A DNA stretch of 64,000 nt, taken from NCBI RefSeq assembly GCF_004010195.1, contig NC_057718.1:54584448-54648447 (forward strand). Reading direction: 5' to 3'. Shown piece by piece: positions 23,752 through 37,063 of the stretch (within the stretch, counting starts at the first letter, position 1; each line of letters starts with the position of its first letter). Source of the DNA: Chiloscyllium plagiosum. Its lineage: Eukaryota. The translations under genes and the position numbers were made by a program. The notes below the pieces were generated by a model. It was not told the origin of the DNA and searched no databases. It saw only the letters and a program-made list of their open reading frames with translations.

Positions 23752-26440
23752 ATAGCTGCAACATGGGTTGGTACCTGGGACTTCGATGTTGTGGCCATTT
23801 CAGGGGCATGGGTAGAGCAGGGACAGGAATGGTTGTTGCAGCTCCGGAATTTAGATGTTTCAGTAAGAACAGTGAAAATGGTAACAGAGGGGGAGGTGTG
23901 ACATTGTTAGTTAAGGACAGTGGCAGAAAGGACGTTTGAGGTCTCATCTACTGAGGTAATATGGGCTGAGGTTAGAAACAGGAAAGGACAGGTCACTCTG
24001 TTGAGAGCTTTCTATTGGCCTCCGAACACTTCCAGAGTTGTAGAGAAAAGGATAGCAAAGATGATTCTGGATAAGAGTGAGAATAACAGGTCAGTTGTTA
24101 TGGGGGACTTTAACTTTACAAATATTGACTGGAAATTCTACAGTTTGAGTACTTTCGATGGGTCTGTTTTTGTCCAATGAGTGCAGGAGGGTTTCCTGAC
24201 ACAGTATGTAGACAGACCAACAAGGAGCGATGCCACACTGGATTTGGTACTGGGGAATGAACCTGGCCAGGTGTTAGATTTGGAGGTAGGTGAGCACTTT
24301 GGCGATAGTGACCACAATTCAGTTATGTTTACTTTAGCATTGGAAAGGAATAGGTATATGCCGTAAGGCAAGAGTTACAGCTGGGGTAAAGGCAATTATA
24401 ATGTGATTAGGCAAGATTCAGGATACATAGGATGGGCATAATTGAAATGCAGAGCTTATTCAAGGAACAGCGACTGCACGTCCTTGGTAAATATGTACCG
24501 GTCAGGCAGGGAGGAAGTGGTCGAGCGAGGGAGCCATGATTTACTAAAAACGTTGAAACTCCTGTAAAAAGGAAGAAGGAGGCTTATATTAGGATCAGAG
24601 ATGAAGGCTCAGTTAGAGCGCTTGAGAGTTACAAGCTAGTCAAGAAGATCCTAAAAAGAGAGCTAAGAGCTAGGACGGGACATTGGCAGATAGGATCAAG
24701 GAAAACCCTAAAGCTTTCTATATGTATATCAGGAATAAAAGAATGACTAGCTTAAAATTAGGGCCAATCAAGGACAGTAGTGGGAAGTTGTGCGTGGAGT
24801 CCAAGGAGAAAGGAGAAGCACTAAATGAATTTTTTCATCAGTATCCACAATGTTGTAGACGAGAATATGGAAACCAGATGGAACGGAGGTTCTCAAGGAG
24901 GAGGTGTTAGCAATTCTGGGAAGTGTGAAAATAGACAAGTCCCCTGGGCCGGATGGGAATTTGTCCTAGGATTTTCTGGGAAGACAGGGAGGAGATTTCC
25001 TTTGGCTTTGATTTTTATGTTGTCATTGTCTACAGGAAGACTGGAGGATAGCACATGTTGTCCCCTTGTTCATGAAGGGGAGTAGAGACAACCTGGGAAT
25101 TATAGACCTTTAATTTTAAGTAGTGAGCCTTACTTTGGCTGTGGGTAAAGTGTTGGAAAAGGTTATAAGAGATAGGATTTATCATCTAGAAAGGAATACA
25201 TTGATTAGGGATAGTCACAGTTTTGTGAAGTGTAGGTCATGCCTCACAAACCTAGAGTTCTTTGAAAAGGTGACCAAACAGGTGGATGAGGGTAAAGTTG
25301 TAGATGTTGTGTATGGATTTCAGTAAGGCGTTTGATAAGGTTCCCCACAGTAGGCTATTGCACAAAATATGGATGCATGGAACCGAGGGTGATTTAGTGG
25401 TTTGGATCGGAAATTGGTGAGCTGAAAGACGACAAGAGGGTGGTGGTTGATGGGATATGTTCATCCTGGAGGTCAGTTACTAGTGGTGTACTGCAAGGAT
25501 CGGTTTTGGGGCCACTGCTTTTTGTCATTTTTATAAATGACCTGGAATTAGGGCATAGAAGGATGGGTTAGTGAATTTGTGGATGACCGTAAGGTTGGTG
25601 GAATTGTGGACAGTGCCAAAGGATGTTGCGGGTTACAGAGGGACATAGATAAGCTGTAGAGCTGGGCTGAGAGGTGCCAGATGAAGTTTAATGTGGAAAG
25701 TGTGAGGTGATTCACTTTGGAAAGAGCACAGGAATAAAGAGTACTGATGAACAGAAAGGTTTAGGTGTCCAGGTACATAGATCCTTAAAAGTTACCACCC
25801 AGTTTGATAGGGTTGTTAAGAAGGCATATGGTGTATTAGTTTTTACTGGTAGAGGGATTGACTTTCAGAGCCATGAGGTCATGTTGCAGCTGTACAAAAC
25901 TTTGGTGCGGCCACACTTGGAATATTGCCTACAGTTCTGGCCACAACATTATAGGATGGACATGGAAGCTTTGGAAAGGGTTCACAGGAAATTTACTAGG
26001 GTGTGGCCTGTTATAGAGGAAAGGTCTTATGAGAAAAGGCTGAGGGACTTGAGGCCGTTTTCGTTAGAGAGAAGGTGGTTGAGAGGTGACTTAACTGAGA
26101 CAGAAGATAATCAGAAGATTTGATCGAGTGGACAGTGAGAGCCTTTTTTGGAGGATGGTGATGGCTAGCACAAGGGGACATAGCATTAAATTGAGGGGTG
26201 GTAGTTATAGGACAGATGTCAGAGATAGTTTCTTTACTCTGCGAATAGGAGGAGCATGGAACTCGCTGTCTGCAACAGTAGTAGACACGCCACTTTTAAG
26301 GACATTTAAATGGTCATTGGATAAACATATGGATAATAGTGGAATAGTGTAGATTAGATGGGCTTCAGATTGGTTCCACAGGTCAGTGCAACATTGAGGG
26401 CCAAACGGCCTGTACTGCACTGTAATATTCTATGTTCTAT
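23752..26440 (+). mobile_element. CR1 ORF2 remnant (endonuclease + RT + 3' tail) in the PSME4 3'UTR intron
   Basis: MGDFNF, LDLVLGNE, SDHN, SCLTNL, LYKTLVRPHLEYC; tail ttctatgttctat. Confidence 0.9.
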
Positions 26441-27822
26441 AATTGCTTAATAGCTGTATCATAGCACTTTCCCCCCTTTATTGGAATATATTAATTTGTA
26501 ACTTCCATCTCCATTCCAATATTTATTATTAATGCAGTTGACAATTTTCTGTTTAATCTGAATATGGTCCCATTAAGTTACATGATATATATTTTAATTT
26601 CACCAAGTATCCTCATCTTCACTTTTTCTCATAGAACTTAATTACATTATGATCACCATTTCCTCAATGATCCTCTAATTTCTCTCCTTATTACCCAGAA
26701 GCGGGTTGAGGAATCCCTCCTTGAAGGAACAGCAATATTTTAAATAAACAACAGAAACTAGTTCCTTTCCTCACCGCAAAGTACTCGTTATTCTGGTCCA
26801 GTAGCGGATGACAGAAATCACAATTTTGATTTTGTTGCTAATCATAGAAAGACAAATTCATGCAAAGTTTAGAACATTTTTCCCCTATCTCAGAAAACCT
26901 CCTTAGTTTATCTCCGTTATTTTACCTTATCCTGGGAGCATTTTATTGATTTTTATATGCAAATAAGTGCTATGGAAAAGCTCTGGAAGCTGATTCAGAG
27001 ATTCACATGCTTGAACAAAAGTATATAGCAGTGGCCAGCCATTAGTGAATTTCACATTTATAAGAAGTTCCTCAAGTCAGTATAGTAATGCTGACTCTCA
27101 ACTACCACAATTATAATGATCAGATTTAGTGCTCAAAACTAGGGTGCAATGAAAATAAAACACAGAACTGACGATATTAATTAATAGTTTTGAGATAACT
27201 CAATAACATAAGAGATATTTCTCTGAATTCACTGCAGAATTACTTGCTCATTTATTCTAGGACCATACTGACGAAACGCTACTGAGTGCATATGCACCTG
27301 ATTAGGGAGCATTAATCAAAAAGGTAGTGTGCCATTTACTTTCCCAGCAAAGGCAAATGTAATCTAATCAATAATTTATCCCAAGACAGTATTCAATTTG
27401 TGCAGGTACAGAGATGAGGAAGTAAATACATAAATCATTCAAGGGAAATTACAAATACAATATTTAACAAAATAGGTGCAGGCTATAGTGATCCACTCAT
27501 TTAAGTTTTGCTTTGCTGCTCAACTCAAGTTCAAGTGAGCCAAGTAAAACTACTTCAGTCCTTGTATTAATATGAAGCTACATCTTCATTCCATTATAAT
27601 CTATTGCTTGAGACCAACTGCTATTCCAAACACACTGCAATGCTCCAAATAATTTTGCACAATACAGAATATAATCTTGAAGCTCAATTCGCTGCCTCCC
27701 AAAGATTCAGCATTTTCGTATTTGTGATATTCTAATTATTAGCAATAAATTAACAGGTGATAACAGGATGCGACAAATATCAGATTTTGTAAGTATTTGA
27801 TTTCAATAGCTTTTATACCTTC

Positions 27823-27957
27823 TCAGGCATAATAACATGGTGACACAAGGAGATCTGCAAGAATCACCAACTGATCATCTGTGAATTGCTGCTTGTGTTC
27901 TTGCCAGTTATCGTGGTGAGTTCTTCGAAAATTGGATAAAGTTTTCTTCACCGTCAT
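27823..27957 (-). CDS. PSME4: PSME4 last coding exon [44 protein letters not shown]
   Basis: ctgcag|ATG..., TGA at 27825-27823. The C-terminal YYA is the HbYX proteasome-gating motif. Donor GAAG|gtataa lies 4 nt after the stop. Confidence 0.97.
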   Translation of the reverse strand: MTVKKTLSNFRRTHHDNWQEHKQQFTDDQLVILADLLVSPCYYA

Positions 27958-29191
27958 CTGCAGAAACAATGAAGTTTGAAACACTTGAGTGAAATGTATA
28001 ATTGCAAATTATTAAGGACAAAATTAATCTAATATGAATCAATACGTAATTGAAAAACATGAGCTGGCATGTGCTGAAAAATAACTGCACCTGAATAATA
28101 CAGAATAATAAAACATCGACTAGGTTGAGCACAAAGTAGCAAAAATAAATTGAGTGGTGGAACAAATCGGTGTTAGTGACATAAGGTATGCATTTTGAAA
28201 CAGAATTCAGGACCAAAAAGGCAATAAAGCTGCATGGAGTCTCAGCAAGAGGCTAGAGTCAAGAAAGGATGCACTTCTTGGGGAAAGTTGAAAAAAAATG
28301 ACTTTGGCGCATCTGATGAACCCACAAGAAAATGATTCGGCAACAGTTGGAGAGCAAACTGATCCTGTGCTCAAAGATATCAGAAGTCGGGGCAAATTAT
28401 ACATAAAAACAGATGTTTGCATATGGAATTATTTGTGGTAGGAGAATGTTTTACTGAAGATGATGTGTTGGCTAATCCACTACATTAAACCAAGCTAAAT
28501 GCTGAGAGGTCCACAGGACCTAGTGGTTTACATCCTAAGGTCATATGAATATACAAACATGAGAATTAGGAGTAGGAGTGGGGAATTCAGGTCCTCTAGC
28601 CTATTCGGCCATTAAGTAATATCACAGATGTGATTGTGAACTCTTTTCTGTCTGTACCCATTACCCTTTGACTCCTTTGTTAGCCAAGAAACTATTTGAC
28701 TTAGTCTTAAAAGTATTCTGTAACCTTACCTCCACTGTTCTACGGGGAAAAGTTCCACAAACTAATCATCCTTTGGGCACTGCACCCTCTGGTTCTAATC
28801 TCTTCAGCACCTACCCTGTGAAGTCCACTTAGGGTCTTACGCGCTTCAATAAGATCACCTCTTGTTCTTCTAAATTCATGAACACAATTGGATCCAAGAT
28901 TTCTTCATAAGACAAACCAATCATCCCAGGAATCAGTGGAGTGAAATTGTCTGCACTTCTCCTAATGCAATTATATCTAAGATTTGGGTGCAAGTTTAAG
29001 GTGAGAAGCAAATTGGTTAGAGGGGATCTGAGAACAAGTTTATTTCACCCAGAGGGTGGTAGAAATATGGAACTTGCTCTCTGAGAAAGTGATGTACTTA
29101 AATTGTCAGGGCATAGTAGACTATAGATCAAGGTAACTGGGATTAGTTTGATGTTTGTTGATCAGCATAGCACAAAGGTCCTGTTTCTATG

Positions 29192-29266
29192 AAGAAGGGC
29201 TTATGCCCGAAACGTTCCCTGGATGCTGCCTGACCTGCTGCGCTTTTCCAGCAACACATTTTCAGC
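29192..29266 (+). mobile_element. 75-bp 5'-truncated PLE terminal-repeat insertion with 12-bp TSD
   Basis: cctgtttctatg at 29180-29191 and 29267-29278; the insert matches the repeat at 30-120 and 45144-45220. Confidence 0.75.
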
Positions 29267-30123
29267 CCTGTTTCTATGTTAACTGACTTGCTGACTCTAA
29301 AACGTCATTATCCAAATACCAAGGGGGCTAGAACATCTACTTGCTCATGACTTCGTGGAACCATCTCCAGAGACCAGAACATTATAGAGGCAGATGCAAA
29401 GCTGCACCATCTACTATCACAATACCACTGCTACTTTGGAGCACAGGATAGCATGGATAAGTAGCTAGCCTGCAACATGGCAAAAATATGCTGGCCCATG
29501 GAAGAATGTGCTGCGGAGGGAGCAGACAGGGCAAGCCCCAATTCAACAACTGTATAAAGCACCATCTCTACCAGAGAGAAGCTTTCATTTCTCTACAAAC
29601 TCAGCCTGAACCTTGGATTTCTTTTGCCTGCTCTCTTATTTTTGGTTCCCAACCCTAGTAAACACTGTCAAGGTTTGAAATGTTTTGGGATTTTGTTAAT
29701 GTCTTAAAAAAAAACTTATTACTAATAAAAGTTATATTTCCCTTTTGTTGTTTATGTTCTTATACACTTAAACAACAGCCCATTTTCTGCTGTCATTACT
29801 ACCAAGATCCCTGCTTATGTGCAAAGCTAACCTGAAACTGCACAATGATGTACCAGCTACGCATGTGGACAGAACAGCATACTTCCATTCAAAGCAATGT
29901 ATTAGTTTCAAATCACTCAGATGTAAAATTTACACATACCAGAAAATGTAGTCTATATGGCCAATCTAATACAATTTAATATTGGGTGACATGAATGGAG
30001 ATATGCAGTTGGAGCTCCTCATGGAATTAGAAATAGGTAATTTGAGGTTTTTGATATTGCCATATTCACAATTCAACACAACATCTGAAAATGCAATGTA
30101 TTTAAATAATTGTTTCATTTTAC

Positions 30124-30257
30124 CTCTATAGGTTGTGGATCATTAAGGTGAACACTGAGGTTCATCAGAAGTTGTGGCATCCAAGTTGGCACTTCATACG
30201 GGCTCGATAAAATGCAGGCACTTAGTCCCAATACTCCAGCGTGTCGACGAACCAAAT
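30124..30257 (-). CDS. PSME4: PSME4 exon (D)[44 protein letters not shown]
   Basis: 134 nt, ctgtag|...|gtaaaa; 188-nt upstream intron. Confidence 0.95.
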
Positions 30258-30445
30258 CTACAGGGGTGGGCGAAAACCATTAGAAATTTTATCAAATCTG
30301 CATCCTCAAAAAACTCAGTGAATTTTAACTTTTGCTCACTTATTGCACGTTCATCTTCCAGACAACCAAAAGGGGAAACCAAAATGTAAAATATTAGATG
30401 ATTAACTTCTAAGTAGCTTCTGACACACAGGCTAATTCTTCTTAC

Positions 30446-30608
30446 CTGCTGGAGGAATTGTATCCACTGCTATGCCTGGATCTCTCTTTCTCTTCTTTGG
30501 AAGTCTGGTCTTGCAGAGCTGTTCAAAATGACTCTGCATGGAGGAATCCATGGTCAGGAAGTTGCACTGTAACAGACCACTAAGGGTGGTGGCAGCCATT
30601 TCTCTTGT
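30446..30608 (-). CDS. PSME4: PSME4 exon [21 protein letters not shown]...[22 protein letters not shown]
   Basis: 163 nt, ctcacag|...|gtaaga; contains the basic PKKRKR stretch of PA200. Confidence 0.95.
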
Positions 30609-31356
30609 CTGTGAGCAGAAAATGGAAGCTCATTAGTTGATATCCACTGTTCACACAATGTTCTCAACACACCATCCTGCTTCATGTCCATTCCTTCAGT
30701 ACCACAACAAAGCCCATTAATTCCAAACTCACTCCAAAACATACAGCAAATTATTAGCTTAATATTGATAACAGACCCATTTGTAAACTTTGCGAAGTGC
30801 GTAAACATCTTGCTGCCACACTATCTGAATCCCGATAAGATTCTTATCCCATCAGCTTCAAAATAACCCCAAGTTATTAATGAAATTCTGTGCTTGGACA
30901 AATGCATTGTGCCTCTTTAACCTCTCTGCAGCTTTTAGCATAGTCAACCATATTATTTTCTTAATCATCTGAGATGGTTTTGCTTGGTTCTAATCCTAAC
31001 CCTTTATGTATTGCCCAAGTGCCTCCAGGAATTTTATTTCTCTTCCCGTGCTTCCACCATCACATGTAGAATCCCTCAAGTTACCTGCTTCCTTTATCTA
31101 ATTTACCAAACCCTTGACAATGAGGTGAAGTGACATGTACATTCTATGTTACCTGTCTGACAAACCTGGGCAAGCTGTAACTTCCTCCAGCAAATCACTG
31201 TCCCCGTCACAAACTCTATTTTCTAGTGAAAAGACGACAGAATGATCTAGACCGTTCAGAACTTGCGGGCACTATTTTGAACTCTAAGCTGTGGTACTGA
31301 CGACTTTATAATTATAAAGATGTGGAGATGCTAGTGTTAGATTGGGGTGGACACGC

Positions 31357-31532
31357 TTAGAAGTCAAATGACACCAGGTTATAATCCAACAGGTATATCT
31401 GAAATCACAAGCTTTCAGAGCACTGCTCCTTCATAAGGTGAAGTGCTTTAACTGACGAAGGAACAGTGGTCTGAAAGCTCGTGATTTCAAATAAGCCTGT
31501 TGAGCTATAACCTAGTGTCGTATGACTTCTAA
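31357..31532. mobile_element. Short palindromic PLE-type element with hammerhead-like motifs in both arms
   Basis: ~85-bp imperfect inverted arms; CTGACGA(31452)...GAAAGCTC on +, mutated mirror copy on -. Confidence 0.7.
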
Positions 31533-31621
31533 TCATAACAAAAACAATCTACATCCACTTCTATAACACTGGAGAAAGAAGGCAGAACCCAGTAATGAAA
31601 GAAGACAGTTGAAGATGACAG

Positions 31622-31930
31622 AGATTAGATTAGATTCCTTACAGTGTGGAAACAGGCCTGTCGGCCCAACCAGTCCACATCGACCTTCCGAAGAGTAACC
31701 CGCCCAGACCCATTTCCCTCTGACTAATGCACCGAACACTACGGGCAATTTAGCATGGTCAATTCACCTGACCTACACATCTTTGGACTGTGGGAGGAAA
31801 CCAGAGCACCCGGAGGAAACCCATGCAGACACATGGAGAAAGTGCAAACTCCACACAGACAGTCGCCAGAGGCTGGAATCGAACCTGGGACCCTGGTGCT
31901 GTGAGGCAACAGTGCTAACCACTGAGCCAA
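31622..31930 (-). mobile_element. HE1-type tRNA-derived V-SINE
   Basis: A box TGGCTCAGTGG, B box GGTTCGATTCC, V-domain TGTGGAGTTTGCAC, (TAATC)n tail. Confidence 0.9.
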
Positions 31931-32269
31931 TGGGGTCACAAAATCAATAAACATAAGCCTGATCACATAAGGCGGTGTCTTTACAAGCATTAAACACTGA
32001 AATCAGCTGCAAACAACATTAGAAACTTTTGGTAGAGGTTAAAAATTCCAGCTCTCAGGATGGATGTCAACACAATGAAAAATGTTAATTTGGCTGTGTT
32101 GACCATGAGCTCTGCTACTGCTGTTGAAGAAACCTAAAAATGTATAGTATGTTACATAAATACAAAAAGGAATAATTTAAAAACTGCTTACAGTGCAATT
32201 CTAAAAAACAGTTCCAAAAGCATCTGACTTGACACAGCACACCACCCATCCCTAGCTATACAGTATAAC

Positions 32270-33150
32270 AAAGGTTGGAGGTGCCGTTGATTCTATCAAA
32301 GGCTATTGCAGGCTGCATAGACAGGATGCAGAGCTGGGCTGAGAAATGACAGGTGGAGTTCAACCGGGATAAATGCAAAGTCATGCACTTTGGAAGGTCG
32401 AACTCGATTGCTGAATATAGGATTTAAGTCAGGACTCTTGGCAGTGTGGAGGAACAGAGGGATCTGGGTGTTCAAGTACATAGATCCCTCAAAGTTGCTA
32501 CCCAAGTGGATAGGGTTGTTAAGAAAGCATATAGTGTTTTGGTTTTCAATAACAGGGGAATCGAGTTTAAGAGCTGCGAGGTTTTGCTACAGCTCTACAA
32601 GACCCTGGTGAGACCACACTTGGAATATGGCGTCCAGTTCTGAGTCACCCTACTATAAGAAAGATACAGAGGTTTTGCAGAGTGTGCTAAGAAGGTTTAC
32701 CAGGATGCTGCCTGGACTGAAGGGCTTGCCTTATGAAGAGAGGTTGACTAAGCTCAGAGTTTTCTCTCTGGAAAGGAGGAGGAAGACAGGTGACCTGATC
32801 GAGGTATACAAGATAATGAGAGGCATGGATAGAGTCAATAGCCAGAGACTTTTCCCGAGGGAAAGTGGCACGAGGGGTCATAGTTTTAAGATATTAGGAG
32901 AAAGGTATAGAGGGGATATCAGAGGAAGGTTCTTTACGCAGAGAGCTATGAATACATGGAATTCAGCTGTGGTCTTGGAAGCAGAGTCACTAGGGACATT
33001 TAAGCGACTGCTGGACATACACATGGATAGCAGTGAATTGAGGGGTACGTAGGTGAAGTTATTTTATTTTACATTAGGATTAATCCTGGGCACAACATAG
33101 TGGGCCAAAGGGCCTGTTCTGTGCTGTACTTTCCTATATTCTATGTTCTG
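32270..33150 (+). mobile_element. 5'-truncated CR1
   Basis: ORFs 32446-33052 encode the CR1 RT C-terminus; ttctatgttct tail. Confidence 0.9.
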
Positions 33151-34129
33151 TAAATTTTATACCATAATTCAACTTTGTCACATACCCAAGTTACAACCAC
33201 GTGTGGATGTTTGGCATCAGATGCCCTGCGGAAGTATTAGTTATACAACAGATTTAGATGATTAGTTAATACAGGACAAAACTAATCCTGACATCAGAGT
33301 AACTATAAATTTTAATATTTAGTCTTCTTTCATCGTGAATGTGTCAAGAACCTAAAATAACAGGTTTAGATAAACTAAAATTTCCTAGATTGCCAGAGGA
33401 TAAAAATTAGCATGTTCCTTGGAGTCTCTGCAACAAAATTACAAAGGAGTACATAGAAAATGTTTACATCAAGTATCCATTAACTTAATCTATAAATTAT
33501 TTTCAATGGTACTTCGCATACAACCTTTCAGATTAAAATTTAAAATAATGAACACAATATTCTGATATTCGGCAACATACTGAGCGATGCTTCAAGCACC
33601 ATGCTAATTAAACTCTATTACAACAGGAATGTGTGGGTTACCAATACACTTTATTTGAAATGGTATATTAAACGAAAAATATAAGAATAGTTATCTAAGT
33701 AAATATTGAACCTCTATGTAGATTTTGCTTCCTGCAGGATATTTTACCTGATGCGGAAATGCTGATATTGTCCCTTATAATGCACAAATCTAGGCATTGA
33801 TAATGTGATATTGAAGAATCCAGCTGTTTATTATAACTGGCTATTATATACAATTATTAAATTCTCAGGCACAGAAATATCTATTAAGCTATTCGGCTAC
33901 AACAGAGCAGCATGCTTATGATACGTTTCATTTCTAGCGATCCCTTTATTTCCTCAGGTCACAGGCTGTGACATAGTGATGATACCATGAGTGTGCCTCA
34001 AAAAGGTAGGTTTAAAATGGGAGATAGACAAAAGATGGGGAATTAAAGACCAGTTAACTTCAGTAGCGGGAAAATGCTTGAGTCTATTATCAATGAAGAA
34101 ATAGCAAAGCATCGAGATAGAAACTGCCC

Positions 34130-34438
34130 TTTTTTACATTACATTACAGTGTGGAAACAGGCCCTTCGGCCCAACAAGTCCACACCGACCCACCGAAGCG
34201 TAATCCACCCATACCCTTACATTTACCCCTTACCTAACACTATGGGCAATTTAGCATGGCCAATTCACCTGACCTGTACATCTTTGGACTGTGGGAGGAA
34301 ACCAGAGCACCCAGAGGAAACCCACACAGACACGGGGAGAACGTGCAAACTCCACACAGTCAGTCGCCTGAGGCGGGAAATGAACTCGGGTCTCTGGCGC
34401 TGTGAGGCAGCAGTGCTAACCACTGTGCCACCGTGCCC
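34130..34438 (-). mobile_element. HE1-type SINE nested in CR1
   Basis: GGGCACGGTGGCACAGTGG head, V-domain, tail; short tgccct flanking duplication. Confidence 0.9.
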
Positions 34439-34796
34439 TGTTTGGCAGACGCAGCATGGGTTCATGAAGGAAAGGTCATGCTTAACTAATCTTTTGGAAT
34501 TCTATGAAGACATTACAAACACAATGGACAACGGGGACCCAGTAGATGTGGTGCATCTTGGGTTCCAAAAGGCATTCAACAACGTGCTACATAAAAGGCC
34601 GCTGTATAAGATAAAGGCGCAAGGCATTACAGGCAATGTATTAGCATGGATAGAGGATTGGTTAGCCAACAGGAAGCAAAGAATGGGGATAAATGAGTGC
34701 TACTCTGGTTGGCAATCGGTAACTAGTGGTGTGCCTCACAGATCAGTGTTGGAACTGCAATCATTCACAATTTACATTGACAATTTGTAGTTGGGG

Positions 34797-35660
34797 TAAA
34801 AACAATGATTGCAGATGCTGGAAACCAGATTCTGGATTAGTGGTGCTGGAAGAGCACAGCAGTTCAGGCAGCATCCAAGGAGCTTCAAAATCGACATTTC
34901 GGGCAAAAGCCCTTCATCAGGAATAAAGGCAGTGAGCCTGGAGCTTGGAGAGATAAGCTAGAGGAGGGTGGAGGTGGGGAGAAAGTAGCATAGAGTACAA
35001 TGGGTGAGTGGGGGAGGAGATGAAGGTGATAGGTCAGGGAGGAGAGGGTGGAGTGGATAGGTGGAAAAGGAGATAGGCAGGTAGGACAAGTCCGGAAGCA
35101 AATGTGGCTGTGGTAGCGAGTTTGTTTCACGGCATGGTTGAAGAGCTTTAGGGCAGAGGAAATGACCAGGGAGCTGCAGTGGGAGAGGGACTCCCTGAGA
35201 AAACTTTTACCTCATTGATTTTAACCCTACTGCGAATCCTCTTGCAAGGATGCCTGCCTTGAAGAAGTTTTCCTCCTCTCTCTACAAGAATCTCAGGGAG
35301 TCCCTCTCCCACTGCAACGCCCAGGTCATTTCCTCTGGCCTAAAGCTCTTCAACCATGTCGTGAAATAAACTCGCTACCACAGCCACATTTGCTTCCGGA
35401 CTTGTCCTACCTGCCTATCTCCTTTTCCACCTATCCACTCCACCCTCTCCTCCCTGACCTATCACCTTCATCCCCTCCCCTACTCACCCATTGTACTCTA
35501 TGCTACTTTCTCCCCACCCCCACCCTCCTCTAGCTTATCTCTCCACGCTCCAGGCTCACTGCCTTTATTCCTGATGAAGGGCTTTTGCCCGAAACGTCGA
35601 TTTTGAAGCTCCTTGGATGCTGCCTGAACTGCTGTGCTCTTCCAGCACCACTAATCCAGG
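34797..35660. mobile_element. Non-autonomous PLE derivative with 369-bp inverted arms and 14-bp TSD
   Basis: Arms 34832-35200 and 35291-35659 are near-perfect reverse complements; TSD atttgtagttgggg at 34783-34796 and 35661-35674. Confidence 0.85.
35567..35602 (+). ncRNA. Minimal type I hammerhead ribozyme motif (PLE-associated)
   Basis: CTGATGA(35571-77), stem II GGGC/GCCC, GAAA(35591-94), palindromic ACGT, then TC; stem I short. Confidence 0.65.
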
Positions 35661-37063
35661 ATTTGTAGTTGGGGACCACAAGTACTGCGGTTGACACTAA
35701 GATGAGTGGTAAGAGAAATGTGCAGAGGACTATGAAACTTAGCAAAAAGACAGAAGTTTAAGTGAGTGGGCAAAGGTCCAGCAGGTGGAATACAATGTTA
35801 ATAAATGTGAAGTCATCTGTTTTGGTAGGAATAACAGCAAAAAGGACTATTACTTGAATGGTAATAAATTGAACCATGCTGCTGTGCATAGAGACTTGGT
35901 GTCCTTGTGCATGAATCGTAGAAGGTTGGTCTGCAGGTGCAACAGGTAATTAAGGTAGCAAATGGAATTTTGTTCTTCATTACTAAAAGGATTGGGTTTA
36001 AAAGCAGAGAGGTTATGTTGCAGCTGTACAGGGTGCTGATGAGGCCACATCTGGAGTTCAGCATGCAATTTTGGTCTCCTTACTTGAGAAAGGATGTACT
36101 GGCACTAGAAGCAACACAGAAACATAAAATTATGATGGGAATAGATAAGATAGAAGTAGAGAAGATTTTTCCACTGGTGGGTGAAACTAGGTCAAGAGGG
36201 CAAAATTAGGGGAGCAGATTTAGGACTGAATTGAGAAGGAATTTCTTCACCGGGAAGGTTGTGAATCTATGGAATTCCCTGACCAGTGAAGTAGTTGAGG
36301 CTTCCTCAATAACTCTTTTTAGAGCTAAGATAGATCATTTCTTTGAACAGTAAAGCAATCAAGGGTCGTGGTGAGTAAGTGGAGCTGAGGCCACGAAAAA
36401 TTCGGCCATGATCTTATTGAATGGTGGAGCAGGCTCGAAGGGCCAGATGGCCTACTCCTGCTCTGAATTCTAATGTTATGTTCTTATGTATACTGACATA
36501 CTGATAATGGGACATAACAGAACAAGCTCTTATGAAAATAAACTGAATCTTTAAGGACTGTACTATTAAATGAATCATTAAACACTGATGCAATTGCACA
36601 CCAGTGAAATGTGACTATGAAATGCACAGAATCACTATAGACTTACTTCAGTTACTATACTGCATTTTGTATTAAAACCAATTAACTACTGTGTGAAATA
36701 AATGACAGCAGGCAGTTATATTTAGCTATTAGCACATTTTTGCAATTAGGTGAATGCCAAAGGTTAGTGTTCATGTATTATGTATATTCACCATTATCAA
36801 TTTTGTGGCAAGATAAAAATTAAGACAACTAGACTTTAGAATTTAACCTCAACCCTACACCCCAACTCAAAGCAGTTACAGAAGATACCCAACAAAATCA
36901 GTCACTGCCTTTGTAAATCACATGAAGCATTAGATAAATTTCATTAAACCAGGGGTTGAAGACGTTAACACTTAAAGGTAGAGTTTCTAGTTTCCATGTT
37001 GTTGGAAGTAGAGGGGCTGTAAATTTCATACTTTTCTTCACTTTCTGTCTTGCAACAATAAAG

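Larger units (their letters stand above)
34010..36490 (+). mobile_element. Old CR1 RT remnant interrupted by a SINE and a PLE derivative
   Basis: QHGFMKERSCLTNLLEF...FTIYIDNL, resuming after 35661 with LYRVLMRPHLE and the CR1 tail. Confidence 0.85.

Noticed and set aside
34074..34790. 238-aa ORF as a novel gene
   Set aside because: Chance read-through of CR1 RT across an antisense HE1 SINE insertion.
34797..35660. DNA-transposon MITE or pre-miRNA
   Set aside because: The 14-bp TSD, asymmetric ends, PLE ORF remnant and PLE terminal repeat point to a retroelement origin; the arms are far too long for a miRNA hairpin.
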